From contig JAFDET010000014.1 in NCBI GenBank assembly GCA_019310195.1, positions 1 through 35,820 of the forward strand: a DNA stretch of 35,820 nucleotides, given 5' to 3'. The position numbers and the translations under genes were made by a program. The DNA is from Deltaproteobacteria bacterium (GTDB lineage: Bacteria; Myxococcota_A; UBA9160; JAFDET01). Each line of letters opens with the position of its first letter. The first letter of the stretch is position 1. Shown piece by piece: positions 19,908 through 28,043 of the stretch. The notes under the pieces are model-generated. The model saw only the letters and a list, made by a program, of their open reading frames with translations. It was not told the DNA's origin and did no database searches.

Positions 19908-20999
19908 ATGCCTGCGCCGGAGCTGGTCGTCTACGGCTCGGAGGTCTCCTACTTCACCGGGAAGCTCGAGGCGTACCTGCGCTTCAAGGAGATCCCCTAC
20001 GAGCGCAGGCCCATGACCATGCGGCTCTTCCGCGGCGTCGTGCCCGAGAAGACCGGAGCCGCGCAGATGCCGGCGGTGGAGCTCCCCGACGGGCGCTGGA
20101 TGACCGACACCACGCCGATCATCGCCTGGCTCGAAACGCAGCACCCGGAGCCCGCGGTGATTCCCGAAGATCCGCTGCAGGCCTTCCTCAGCCGGCTGCT
20201 CGAGGACCATGCCGACGAGTGGCTGTGGCGCCCGGCCATGCACTACCGCTGGAGCTACGCCGACGGGCGCCGCTTGCTGGGCGAACGGATCGTGCGCGAG
20301 CTGATGACCGACATCCCCCTGCCCCATGCGCTCAAGGTGCTCGCGATCCGGCGCCGACAACGCGGGACGTACGTACGCAAGGACGGCGTCGACGCCCGGA
20401 CCCGCGACCACGTGGAAGCCTGCTACACGCGCACGTTGGATCAGCTCTCGGGGGTGCTGGAGCGCCGCCAATTCTTCTTGGGCGAGCGCCCGACGCTGGC
20501 CGACTTCGGATTCATGGGGCCCCTGTTCCGCCACTTCGCGCTGGACCCGACGCCGGCTCGCATCATGCGCAACCGCGCGCCCGCGGTGTGGGCATGGGTG
20601 GCCCGGGTCTGGAACGCGCGCGCCGGCCGGCTGCACGGCCCGCTGGTCGAGGGTGTTCCCCCGGACTGGGAGCCGATCCTGGACGAGATCGGCGCCACCC
20701 ACCTGGAGCATCTGTGTGCCAATGCCGAGGCCTGGAAGGAGGGCCGGCGCCGCTTCGACGTCACGATCCAGGGCGTGGGGTACCGGCGACTGCCCACCTC
20801 GCGCTACCGGGTCTGGTGTCTCGAGCGCCTGCGGGCGCACTTCGCGGCCCTGTCCGAGCCCGCGCAGGGCGCGGCGCGCACCCTGCTGGAGAAGCACGCC
20901 TGCTGGGAGCCGCTCTGGCGCGTCGAAGGCGCCGCGTCCGGCCTGGATCCGCAGGGCCGGGCGCCCTTCGCCCCGGGCGAACGCGTCTACCCGGCCTGA
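19908..20999 (+). CDS. Glutathione S-transferase family protein (long form)
   Basis: YGSEVSYFTGKLEAYLRFKEIPY, QMPAV, DTTPII, DEWLWRPAMHYRW and FFLGERPTLADFG motifs. Confidence 0.85.
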   Translation: MPAPELVVYGSEVSYFTGKLEAYLRFKEIPYERRPMTMRLFRGVVPEKTGAAQMPAVELPDGRWMTDTTPIIAWLETQHPEPAVIPEDPLQAFLSRLLEDHADEWLWRPAMHYRWSYADGRRLLGERIVRELMTDIPLPHALKVLAIRRRQRGTYVRKDGVDARTRDHVEACYTRTLDQLSGVLERRQFFLGERPTLADFGFMGPLFRHFALDPTPARIMRNRAPAVWAWVARVWNARAGRLHGPLVEGVPPDWEPILDEIGATHLEHLCANAEAWKEGRRRFDVTIQGVGYRRLPTSRYRVWCLERLRAHFAALSEPAQGAARTLLEKHACWEPLWRVEGAASGLDPQGRAPFAPGERVYPA

Positions 21000-21005
21000 G
21001 CCGGC

Positions 21006-21428
21006 TCAGCTTCGCTTGGGGCCCTTGCGCTGGGACTCGGTCGGCGGGTTCTTGGCCACCCAGCGGTGGTCCTCCACCAGCGTGAGCAGGTCGAAGGAGC
21101 TCAGCACCCCCACCACCTTCTGCTCATGGGTCACCACCACCCGATGGATCCCGTGGTTGCGCATGACCCGCGCTGCGATGCTCACGTCCTCGTACTTCGG
21201 CACCGTGTAGACCTTCTCGGTCATGATGCTGCTCACCGGCGCGCCGCCCTTCACGTCGCCCACCAGATCCGAGGCGGAGATGATGCCGACGGGCTGGCCG
21301 TCGCTGTCCACCACCGGCATGGCCCCGATCCTGTTGCGTTCCATCACGTGACGCACGTGGTCCACGGTGGTGTGCGGCTCTGTGGTGAGGACGGATTCCG
21401 TCATCAGCTCGTGGACCTTGACGTTCAT
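21006..21428 (-). CDS. CBS domain pair protein
   Basis: VHELMT...IGAMPVVD...VGIISASDL and VSSIMT...GIHRVVV...VGVLSSFDL. Alternative start at 21443. Confidence 0.9.
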   Translation of the reverse strand: MNVKVHELMTESVLTTEPHTTVDHVRHVMERNRIGAMPVVDSDGQPVGIISASDLVGDVKGGAPVSSIMTEKVYTVPKYEDVSIAARVMRNHGIHRVVVTHEQKVVGVLSSFDLLTLVEDHRWVAKNPPTESQRKGPKRS

Positions 21429-21455
21429 GGACCCCCGCGGCATCGCCGTCGTCGT

Positions 21456-22328
21456 TCATCCGCCCAGGGGCCGGATCACGCTCTCGGCGAAGTCTTCGAG
21501 ATAGGCGCGCTTCTGGTCCAGGCTCGACCCGGCGCCAACGCTGTACGTGAAAGGATAGGAGACGGTACCGGTCAAACCCCGATCCGCCAGCCGGGCCAGG
21601 CTGTCCGGCTCCGGCGGCGTGGTGAGCGGGACCAGGGCGTCGAAGGGCTCGTCTGCGCGACCGGCCGCGCGACGCAACCGCGCCAACTCCTCCAGGAACC
21701 CCGCCGCCTCGTCCGGGGTCTGGCCTGTGCCGATCCAGCCGTCGCCGCGTTGGGCGGCGCGGCGCAAGGCCGGCCGGCTGAGGCCACCCACCCAGAGGGG
21801 AACGGGCTTGGCGGGAGCCGGGCTCATCTGAAGCGTGTCGAAGGCGAAGTGCTCGCCGCGGTGCTCCACGGGTCGGCCCGTCCAGACCTTGCGCAACACG
21901 TCGATGGCCTCGTCGTAGCGGCGACCGCGGGTCTCGAACGGTACGCCCAGGGTCTCGAACTCCTCGCGGATCCAGCCGGCGCCGGTTCCCAGGACGACGC
22001 GATCGCCCGACAGCACGGCGGCGGTGCCCACGCTCTTCGCCACCTCCAGCGGGTGCCGCAGGGGGAGGATGTAGACCAGCGTGGCGAAGCGCAGCCGGTC
22101 GGTCGCCGCGGCCATGGCGCTGATGGTCGCCCACGGATCGGGGAACGGCGTGGCGCCGTCGAAGCCCGGGCGACCGTCCTCGGCGTAGGGGTAGCGGGAC
22201 TCCAGGCGGCCGGGAAAGAACAGGTGATCCGAGAGGAGCACGCCCTCGAAGCCCACCTCCTCGGCGATTCGGGCCGTCGGGATCAGCTGCTCCGGCTCCG
22301 TGAACGCGAGGGACTGCCAGAACTGCAT
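21456..22328 (-). CDS. LLM-class (probably F420-dependent, TIGR03619-like) oxidoreductase
   Basis: AEEVGF...LSDHL, YPY, PDPW, LPLRHP, GAGWIREEF, P(L)WVGG and GDGWIG motifs. Start at ATG 22328. Confidence 0.85.
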   Translation of the reverse strand: MQFWQSLAFTEPEQLIPTARIAEEVGFEGVLLSDHLFFPGRLESRYPYAEDGRPGFDGATPFPDPWATISAMAAATDRLRFATLVYILPLRHPLEVAKSVGTAAVLSGDRVVLGTGAGWIREEFETLGVPFETRGRRYDEAIDVLRKVWTGRPVEHRGEHFAFDTLQMSPAPAKPVPLWVGGLSRPALRRAAQRGDGWIGTGQTPDEAAGFLEELARLRRAAGRADEPFDALVPLTTPPEPDSLARLADRGLTGTVSYPFTYSVGAGSSLDQKRAYLEDFAESVIRPLGG

Positions 22329-22361
22329 GGCGGCTCCGTTGGCTTGCAGGCCGGGCCAGAT

Positions 22362-22375
22362 TAGAACATGTTCCA
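22362..22375. promoter_or_regulatory. KstR-consensus operator TAGAACATGTTCCA in the divergent LLM / PQQ-dehydrogenase intergenic region
   Basis: Exact match to TnnAACnnGTTnnA. Overlaps a minus-strand TAATCT -10 candidate. Lies about 2 kb upstream of a steroid catabolic operon. Confidence 0.55.
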
Positions 22376-22397
22376 CTTCTCTCACAGGGAAGGATCC

Positions 22398-24365
22398 ATG
22401 CGTCGACGGCTCGCGACTGCGGCGCTCGCAGCGCTCCTGCTTCCGGCGTGCGATCCGGCGCCGCCGCCCATCGACCTGTCCGGACCGCTGGCGGACTGGC
22501 CGGTCTACGGCGGCGACGAGCGGGGCGGACGCTGGTCCCCGCTCACCCAGATCAACCGCGACAACGTCGGGCACCTGGAGGTCGCCTGGCAGTACCACCA
22601 CGGCGACGTCTCCGACGGCAGCGACGGGTCGACGCGCACCTCGTTCAACGCCACGCCCATCGTCGTAGACGACACGCTCTACTTCTGCACGTCGTTCAAC
22701 CGGGTGATCGCGCTCGACGCCGCCAGCGGCGAAGAACGCTGGACCTTCGACCCGGGGCAGCGGACCACGCGCCTGCACGGCCCCTACCCCCGCGTGTGTC
22801 GGGGCGTGGATCACTGGCGCGACCCCGAGCGCCGACCGGGCCAGGCCTGCGCCGCACGGATCTTCACCGGGACCCTCGACTCCCAGCTGATCGCGCTGGA
22901 CGCCGCCACCGGGGAGCCGTGCGCGGACTTCGGCCGCGGCGGGCGCGTGCAGCTTCGCGAGGGCATCGGCGAGGCTCCGGACTGGGAGTACTACCCGACG
23001 TCGCCGCCGCTCACCGTACTGGACGTGGTGGTGGTGGGCGCGCTGGTGGCGGACAACGAGCGTGTGGACGCGCCGGCCGGCGTGGTGCGCGGCTTCGACG
23101 CGCGCAGCGGTGCGCTGCGCTGGGCCTGGGATCCGGTCCCGCCGGGATGGCAGGGACGGCCCACCACGGACGAGGGCGAGTTCACCGCTGGCACGCCCAA
23201 TGTGTGGGCCCCGCTCTCGGCGGATACGGAGCGCGGCCTGGTCTTCGTTCCCACCGGAAACGCCTCACCGGACCACTTCGGAGGCCAGCGCCAGGGTCTC
23301 GATCACTACTCCAGCGCCACGGTCGCGCTGGACGCGCGCACGGGAACGGTGGCGTGGCACTTCCCGACCGTGCACCACGACCTGTGGGACTACGACGTGC
23401 CGGCCCAGCCCACGCTGCTGGATTTCCGGCATCCCGACGGGCGAGTCGTGCCCGCGCTGGTCCAGCCCACCAAGATGGGTCTCTTCTTCCTGCTGAACCG
23501 GCTGAACGGCCGGCCGCTGTTCCCGATCGAAGAGCGGCCGGTGCCCCAGGGCGGCGTGCCGGGCGAAACCCTGTCGCCGACGCAGCCCTTCCCCACCCAC
23601 CTGCCGCCGCTGCACCCAACCACACTTACCCCCGACGACGCCTTCGGCTTCACGCCCTGGGACCGGGGCAAGTGCCGCGAGCGCATCGCGGAGCTGCGCT
23701 CCGAAGGCATCTACACGCCGCCCTCTGTCGAGGGCAGCGTCATCTGGCCGGGTCCGGCGGGGGGCCCCAACTGGGGCGGCATCTCCCTCGATCCGGAGCG
23801 GAACCTCGCCTACGTGAACCAGATGCGCCTGCCCCTGGTGGTCAAGCTGATCTCGCGCGAGGACTACGACGCGCTGCCCGAGAAGACGGTTACCTACCCC
23901 AACGACATGTACCCGATGCAGGGCACGCCCTACGCGGTGGTCCGCGGGCCGCTGCTCTCGCCGCTGGGCGCACCATGCAACCCGCCGCCGTGGGGAACCC
24001 TGACCGCGCTCGACCTGAGCGCCGGGAAGATCCTCTGGGAGGTGCCGCTGGGCAGCAGCCGCGACCAGGCGCCGTGGCCGATCTGGTGGCTCCAGGGCGA
24101 CGTGGGTGCACCCAACCTGGGCGGGTCCATCGTCACCGCCGGCGGCCTGCTCTTCATCGGCGCCACCACCGAGAAGACGTTCCGCGCCTTCGACGTGGAG
24201 AATGGCCGCGTGATCTGGAGCACGCGACTGCCCTACACGGCCAACGCAACCCCGCTCACCTACCGGCTGGACGCGCAGGGCCGGCAATTCGTGGTAATCG
24301 CCTCGGGCGGCCACGGCTGGTCAAAACCCGGCGACGCCCTGATCGCCTTCGCCCTCCCCAACTAA
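22398..24365 (+). CDS. PQQ-dependent dehydrogenase (glucose/quinate/shikimate family catalytic domain), probable lipoprotein
   Basis: Lipobox-like LLPAC. WPVYGG...RWSPLTQINRDNV, CRGV, HHDLWDYD, GGPNWGG and PCNPPPWG motifs. Lacks the N-terminal five-TM anchor of membrane-bound GDH. Confidence 0.9.
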   Translation: MRRRLATAALAALLLPACDPAPPPIDLSGPLADWPVYGGDERGGRWSPLTQINRDNVGHLEVAWQYHHGDVSDGSDGSTRTSFNATPIVVDDTLYFCTSFNRVIALDAASGEERWTFDPGQRTTRLHGPYPRVCRGVDHWRDPERRPGQACAARIFTGTLDSQLIALDAATGEPCADFGRGGRVQLREGIGEAPDWEYYPTSPPLTVLDVVVVGALVADNERVDAPAGVVRGFDARSGALRWAWDPVPPGWQGRPTTDEGEFTAGTPNVWAPLSADTERGLVFVPTGNASPDHFGGQRQGLDHYSSATVALDARTGTVAWHFPTVHHDLWDYDVPAQPTLLDFRHPDGRVVPALVQPTKMGLFFLLNRLNGRPLFPIEERPVPQGGVPGETLSPTQPFPTHLPPLHPTTLTPDDAFGFTPWDRGKCRERIAELRSEGIYTPPSVEGSVIWPGPAGGPNWGGISLDPERNLAYVNQMRLPLVVKLISREDYDALPEKTVTYPNDMYPMQGTPYAVVRGPLLSPLGAPCNPPPWGTLTALDLSAGKILWEVPLGSSRDQAPWPIWWLQGDVGAPNLGGSIVTAGGLLFIGATTEKTFRAFDVENGRVIWSTRLPYTANATPLTYRLDAQGRQFVVIASGGHGWSKPGDALIAFALPN

Positions 24366-24494
24366 CTGCACCCAGTACCAGACCTGCACGGAGGGACGTT
24401 CCTGCATAACTGCACTGGGGGTCAGTCCTACCCGCCAGGAGTGGTACTTGGTGCAGTTATGCAGGAACGTCCCTCCGTGCAGGTCTGGTACTTT
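24364..24494. repeat. Palindromic intergenic repeat element, copy 2
   Basis: Perfect 42-bp inverted repeat, 24374-24415 vs 24451-24492. 44-bp period (24364/24408). Arms match copy 1 at 45/51 and 53/59 by manual alignment. Confidence 0.92.
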
Positions 24495-24514
24495 ATGTGA
24501 TCTCCCCGCGGGGG

Positions 24515-24544
24515 TTTACAGAAACGATACGTATCGTTATTGTA
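24515..24544 (+). promoter_or_regulatory. Sigma70-type promoter of the ipd operon with overlapping palindromic operator
   Basis: TTTACA (24515-20), 17-bp spacer, TATTGT (24538-43). Perfect 16-bp palindrome AACGATACGTATCGTT (24523-38), extending to a 12/14 symmetric 28-mer at 24517-24544. Confidence 0.78.
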
Positions 24545-24552
24545 TTCGGCCC

Positions 24553-25404
24553 TTGGACAAGCGCACCACAGAGCGCGAGGCCGTCGCCGAGCTCCGCGAC
24601 GGCATGACCATCGGCATCGGCGGTTGGGGCTCGCGCCGCAAGCCCATGTCCGTGGTGCGCGAGATCCTGCGCTCGGAGCTCCGGGACCTGACCCTGGTCA
24701 CCTACGGCGGTCCCGACGCCGGCCTGCTGTGCAAGACCGGCAAGGTCAGCCGGATCATCTACGGCTTCGTGTCCCTGGACTCGATCCCCCTGGAGCCGCA
24801 CTTCCGCGCGGTGCGTCAGGCCGGCTCCGTGGAGGCCGTGGAGCTGGACGAGGGCATGCTGCAGTGGGGGCTCTACGCGGCGACCCTGCGCCTGCCCTTC
24901 CTGCCCACCCGCGCCGGGCTGGGCTCCGACGTACTGGAGATCAACGAGCGCTGGATCAAGCCGGTGACCTCTCCGTACGCGGACGGCGAGGAGCTGGTGG
25001 CCATGCCCGCGATCGAGCTGGACGCCGCCTTCGTGCACCTGAACCGCGCGGACGCGCGGGGCAACGCCCAGTACCTGGGCCCCGACCCCTACTTCGACGA
25101 CCTCTTCTGCGGCGCCGCCAAGCGGCGCTTCGTGAGCTGCGAGCAGATCGTCGAGACCGGCGACCTGGTCAAGGGCGGCGTCCCCCAGACGCTGCTGCTC
25201 AACCGCAGCCAGGTGGACGGTGTGATCGAGGCGCCGCACGGCGCCCACTTCACCGAGTGTCCTCCGGACTACGGCCGCGACGAGGCTTTCCAGCGCGAGT
25301 ACGCCACCACCGCCAAGGACCCGGACCACTGGGACCGCTTCTACGCGAAGTACATCGACACCGTCGACGAGGCCGAGTACCAGAAGCGGGTGCGCGAAGC
25401 ATGA
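24553..25404 (+). CDS. ipdA: Cholesterol ring-cleaving hydrolase subunit A (CoA-transferase fold)
   Basis: DKR...LRDGMTIGIGGWGSRRKPM, YGFVSLDS, catalytic-Glu region ELDEGM, RAGLGSD and GPDPYFDDLF. Homology begins at TTG 24553; the ORF-track extension runs through the repeat and promoter. Confidence 0.9.
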   Translation: MDKRTTEREAVAELRDGMTIGIGGWGSRRKPMSVVREILRSELRDLTLVTYGGPDAGLLCKTGKVSRIIYGFVSLDSIPLEPHFRAVRQAGSVEAVELDEGMLQWGLYAATLRLPFLPTRAGLGSDVLEINERWIKPVTSPYADGEELVAMPAIELDAAFVHLNRADARGNAQYLGPDPYFDDLFCGAAKRRFVSCEQIVETGDLVKGGVPQTLLLNRSQVDGVIEAPHGAHFTECPPDYGRDEAFQREYATTAKDPDHWDRFYAKYIDTVDEAEYQKRVREA

Positions 25405-26162
25405 GCGATGCGACCCGCGCCGAGGTCTGCACGACGGCGGTCGCCGACGCGTTCCGGGGGGACGGGGAGCGGCTGGCCAGCGCCTTCGGCGCCATCCCCG
25501 CCCTGGGCGCACGGCTCGCCAAGAGCACCTTCGAGCCGGACCTGCTCATGACCGACGGCGTCGCCTACCTGCGCGACGACGTGGCGCCGCTGACCGGCGA
25601 CGCTGCGCAGGAGCCGGTGGTCGAGGGCTGGATGCCTTTCCGGCGCGTCTTCGACCTGCTCTGGAACGGGCGCCGCCACGTGGTGATGACCGCCACCCAG
25701 ATCGACCGCTACGGCAATCACAACTTCGCCTGCATCGGCCCCCACGCCAAGCCCAAGGCCCAGCTCCTGGGCATGCGCGGCGCGCCCGGCAACACCATCA
25801 GCCATCCCACCAGCTACTGGGTCCCCAACCACAGCACGCGCGTATTCGTGGAGCAGGTGGATGTGGTCTCGGGCGTCGGCTACGACCGCGCGCGCAAGCT
25901 GGGCTCGGCGGCGCGCTTCCACGAGATCCGCTGCGTGGTCTCCAACCTGGGCGTCTTCGACTTCGACACGCCGGATCGGCGCATGCGTCTGGCGTCGCTC
26001 CACCCCGGCGTCTCCATCGACGAGGTCGTGGAGCAGACCGGCTTCGAGCTGACGATTCCCGACGACGCGCCCACGACGCGCACGCCCGACGCCGAGGAGC
26101 TGCGCCTGATCCGCGAGGTCCTCGATCCGGGCGGCGCCCGCGACCGGGAAGTGCCCGGCTGA
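25401..26162 (+). CDS. ipdB: Cholesterol ring-cleaving hydrolase subunit B
   Basis: MSDATRAEVC, LMTDG, EGWMPFRRVFD, GRRHVVM, QIDRYGN and GMRGAPGNTISHPTSYW. ATGA overlap with ipdA. Confidence 0.9.
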   Translation: MSDATRAEVCTTAVADAFRGDGERLASAFGAIPALGARLAKSTFEPDLLMTDGVAYLRDDVAPLTGDAAQEPVVEGWMPFRRVFDLLWNGRRHVVMTATQIDRYGNHNFACIGPHAKPKAQLLGMRGAPGNTISHPTSYWVPNHSTRVFVEQVDVVSGVGYDRARKLGSAARFHEIRCVVSNLGVFDFDTPDRRMRLASLHPGVSIDEVVEQTGFELTIPDDAPTTRTPDAEELRLIREVLDPGGARDREVPG

Positions 26163-26170
26163 GTGCCATC

Positions 26171-27235
26171 GTGACCTCCCCCCTCCACACACCGCTCTGC
26201 GATCTCCTGGGCTCGCGTTACCCCATCGTCCAGACGGGGATGGGCTGGGTCGCCACGCCCGAGCTGACCGCGGCGGCCAGCAACGCCGGCGCCTTCGGGT
26301 TCCTGGCGGCGGCGACGATCCCGCCCGACCAGGTCGGCCCCGCCATCGAGAGGACCCAGCGGCTCACGGACCGCCCCTTCGGCGTCAACTTCCTGATGGA
26401 CGCGCCGGGCGCCGATGTGATCAGCGAGGCCGTCATCGCCCACGGAGTGCGCGCCGCCGGCTACAACCGCGCGCCGGACCCGAGCTTGATCCAGCGGCTC
26501 AAGGCCGCCGGCGTCGTGTGCATTCCCACCTGCGGCGCCGTCAAGCACGCCGTCAAGGCGGAGAAGCTGGGCGCCGACGCCATCATCGTGCAGGGCGCCG
26601 AGGGCGGTGGCCACACCGGGAGCGTGCCCACCTCGCTGCTGGTCTCCCAGTGCGCCGACGCCGTGCGCGTCCCCATCCTGGCGGCCGGCGGGTTCCGCGA
26701 CGGGCGCGGCCTGGTGGCAGCCCTGGCCCTGGGCGCCAAGGGCGTGGCCATGGGTACGCGCTTCGTGCTGACCCGCGAGAGCCCGGTCCCCGACGCCACC
26801 GCGCAGCGCTTCGTGGCCGCGGGCGTGGACGACGTGATCGTCAGCACGGTGCTCGACGGGATGCCCCAGCGCATGATCCGCAACGAGCTGATCGACGAGC
26901 TGGAGCGCAAGGGGCCGCTGGCGCGCTTGTGGCTGTCTTTTCGCAATGCGATGGAGCTGCGCCGGGCCACCGGCGCCTCGATCCCGGACCTGCTGCGCTC
27001 GGGTCTGGCGATGCGACGCCACGAGCGGATGAGCCGCTCGCAGATGCTGATGGCCGCCAACGCGCCCATCCTGGCCCGGCGCGCCATGCAGGATGGGGAT
27101 CCCGCCGGCGGGTACCTGCCCAGCGGCACGGTGACCGGCGTGATCGACGATCGGCCCAGCTGCGCCGAGCTGGTGGCCCGCATCGTCGAGGAAGCCGAGA
27201 CCACGCTCAAGAACCTGGCCAACGGGGCCCGGTAA
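26171..27235 (+). CDS. ipdC: Nitronate monooxygenase-fold enoyl-CoA reductase of HIP catabolism
   Basis: PIVQTGMGWV, PFGVN, VQGAEGGGHTG, AAGGFRDGRGL and GVAMGTRF motifs. Directly follows ipdAB. Confidence 0.82.
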   Translation: MTSPLHTPLCDLLGSRYPIVQTGMGWVATPELTAAASNAGAFGFLAAATIPPDQVGPAIERTQRLTDRPFGVNFLMDAPGADVISEAVIAHGVRAAGYNRAPDPSLIQRLKAAGVVCIPTCGAVKHAVKAEKLGADAIIVQGAEGGGHTGSVPTSLLVSQCADAVRVPILAAGGFRDGRGLVAALALGAKGVAMGTRFVLTRESPVPDATAQRFVAAGVDDVIVSTVLDGMPQRMIRNELIDELERKGPLARLWLSFRNAMELRRATGASIPDLLRSGLAMRRHERMSRSQMLMAANAPILARRAMQDGDPAGGYLPSGTVTGVIDDRPSCAELVARIVEEAETTLKNLANGAR

Positions 27236-27253
27236 GCCGGGCTAGGAGGTCCG

Positions 27254-28042
27254 ATGCCGTTCCAGATCGACGTCCGCGAGCGCATCGCCGAGTTCGTGAT
27301 CGACAACCCGCCGGTCAACGCGCTGAACTGCGCCGGCTGGCACCTGTTCGCCGAGCGCATCAACGAGCTCGGCCGCCGCGACGACGTCAACTGCATCGTG
27401 ATCCGCGCCGAAGGGCGCGGCTTCCAGGCGGGCGTGGACGTAAAAGAGCTGGCCGTCGACGGGAGCCTGATCACCGAGGTGAACCGCGGCTGCTACGACA
27501 CCTTCGCCGCCATCTATGACTGCCCGGTGCCGGTGATCTCGGCGGTGCACGGCTACTGCCTGGGCGGCGGCATCGGCATCTCGGGCTCCAGCGACATCGT
27601 GCTCGCCTCGCAGGACGCCAGCTTCGGGCTGCCGGAGATCGACCGCGGCGCCCTGGGCGCGGCGACCCACCTGCTGCGGATGTTCGGCATGGCCAAGACG
27701 CGGCGCATGCTCTACACGGGCGAGTCCATCGACGCCCAGGAGGCCTACCGGCTGGGCGCGCTGGACTCGGTGGTCCCGCGCGAACAGCTGCGCGACGCCG
27801 CTCTGGACCTGGCCCGCAGCATCGCCGGCAAGAGCGGCAAGGCGCTGCGCCTGGCCAAGCAGTCGCTCAACGGAATCGAGACCCTGGACGTAAAGCGCAG
27901 CTACCGCTTCGAGCAGGGCTTCACCCTCGAGCTCTACACGTCGCCCGACTCCCAGGAGGCGCGGGACGCCTTCGTGGAGAAGCGCGACGCGAGCTTCGAC
28001 CCCGACACCCCGCCCGACGACGGCCGCAACGACGGAGCCTGA
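27254..28042 (+). CDS. echA20: Enoyl-CoA hydratase family protein of the C/D-ring pathway
   Basis: PPVNAL, GRGFQAGVDVKEL, CLGGGIG, FGLPEIDRGALGAATHL and SYRFEQGFTLEL, as in EchA20 orthologues. Confidence 0.85.
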   Translation: MPFQIDVRERIAEFVIDNPPVNALNCAGWHLFAERINELGRRDDVNCIVIRAEGRGFQAGVDVKELAVDGSLITEVNRGCYDTFAAIYDCPVPVISAVHGYCLGGGIGISGSSDIVLASQDASFGLPEIDRGALGAATHLLRMFGMAKTRRMLYTGESIDAQEAYRLGALDSVVPREQLRDAALDLARSIAGKSGKALRLAKQSLNGIETLDVKRSYRFEQGFTLELYTSPDSQEARDAFVEKRDASFDPDTPPDDGRNDGA

Positions 28043-28043
28043 C

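Noticed and set aside
22362-22375. GAAC/GTTC palindrome as a LexA (SOS) box
   Set aside because: Gram-positive SOS boxes have a 4-bp spacer (GAAC-N4-GTTC). Here it is 2 bp, and the flanking genes are not DNA-repair genes.
24448-24552. 35-aa N-terminal extension of IpdA in the ORF track
   Set aside because: It runs through the repeat arm and the promoter/operator. IpdA similarity starts at LDKR (24553).
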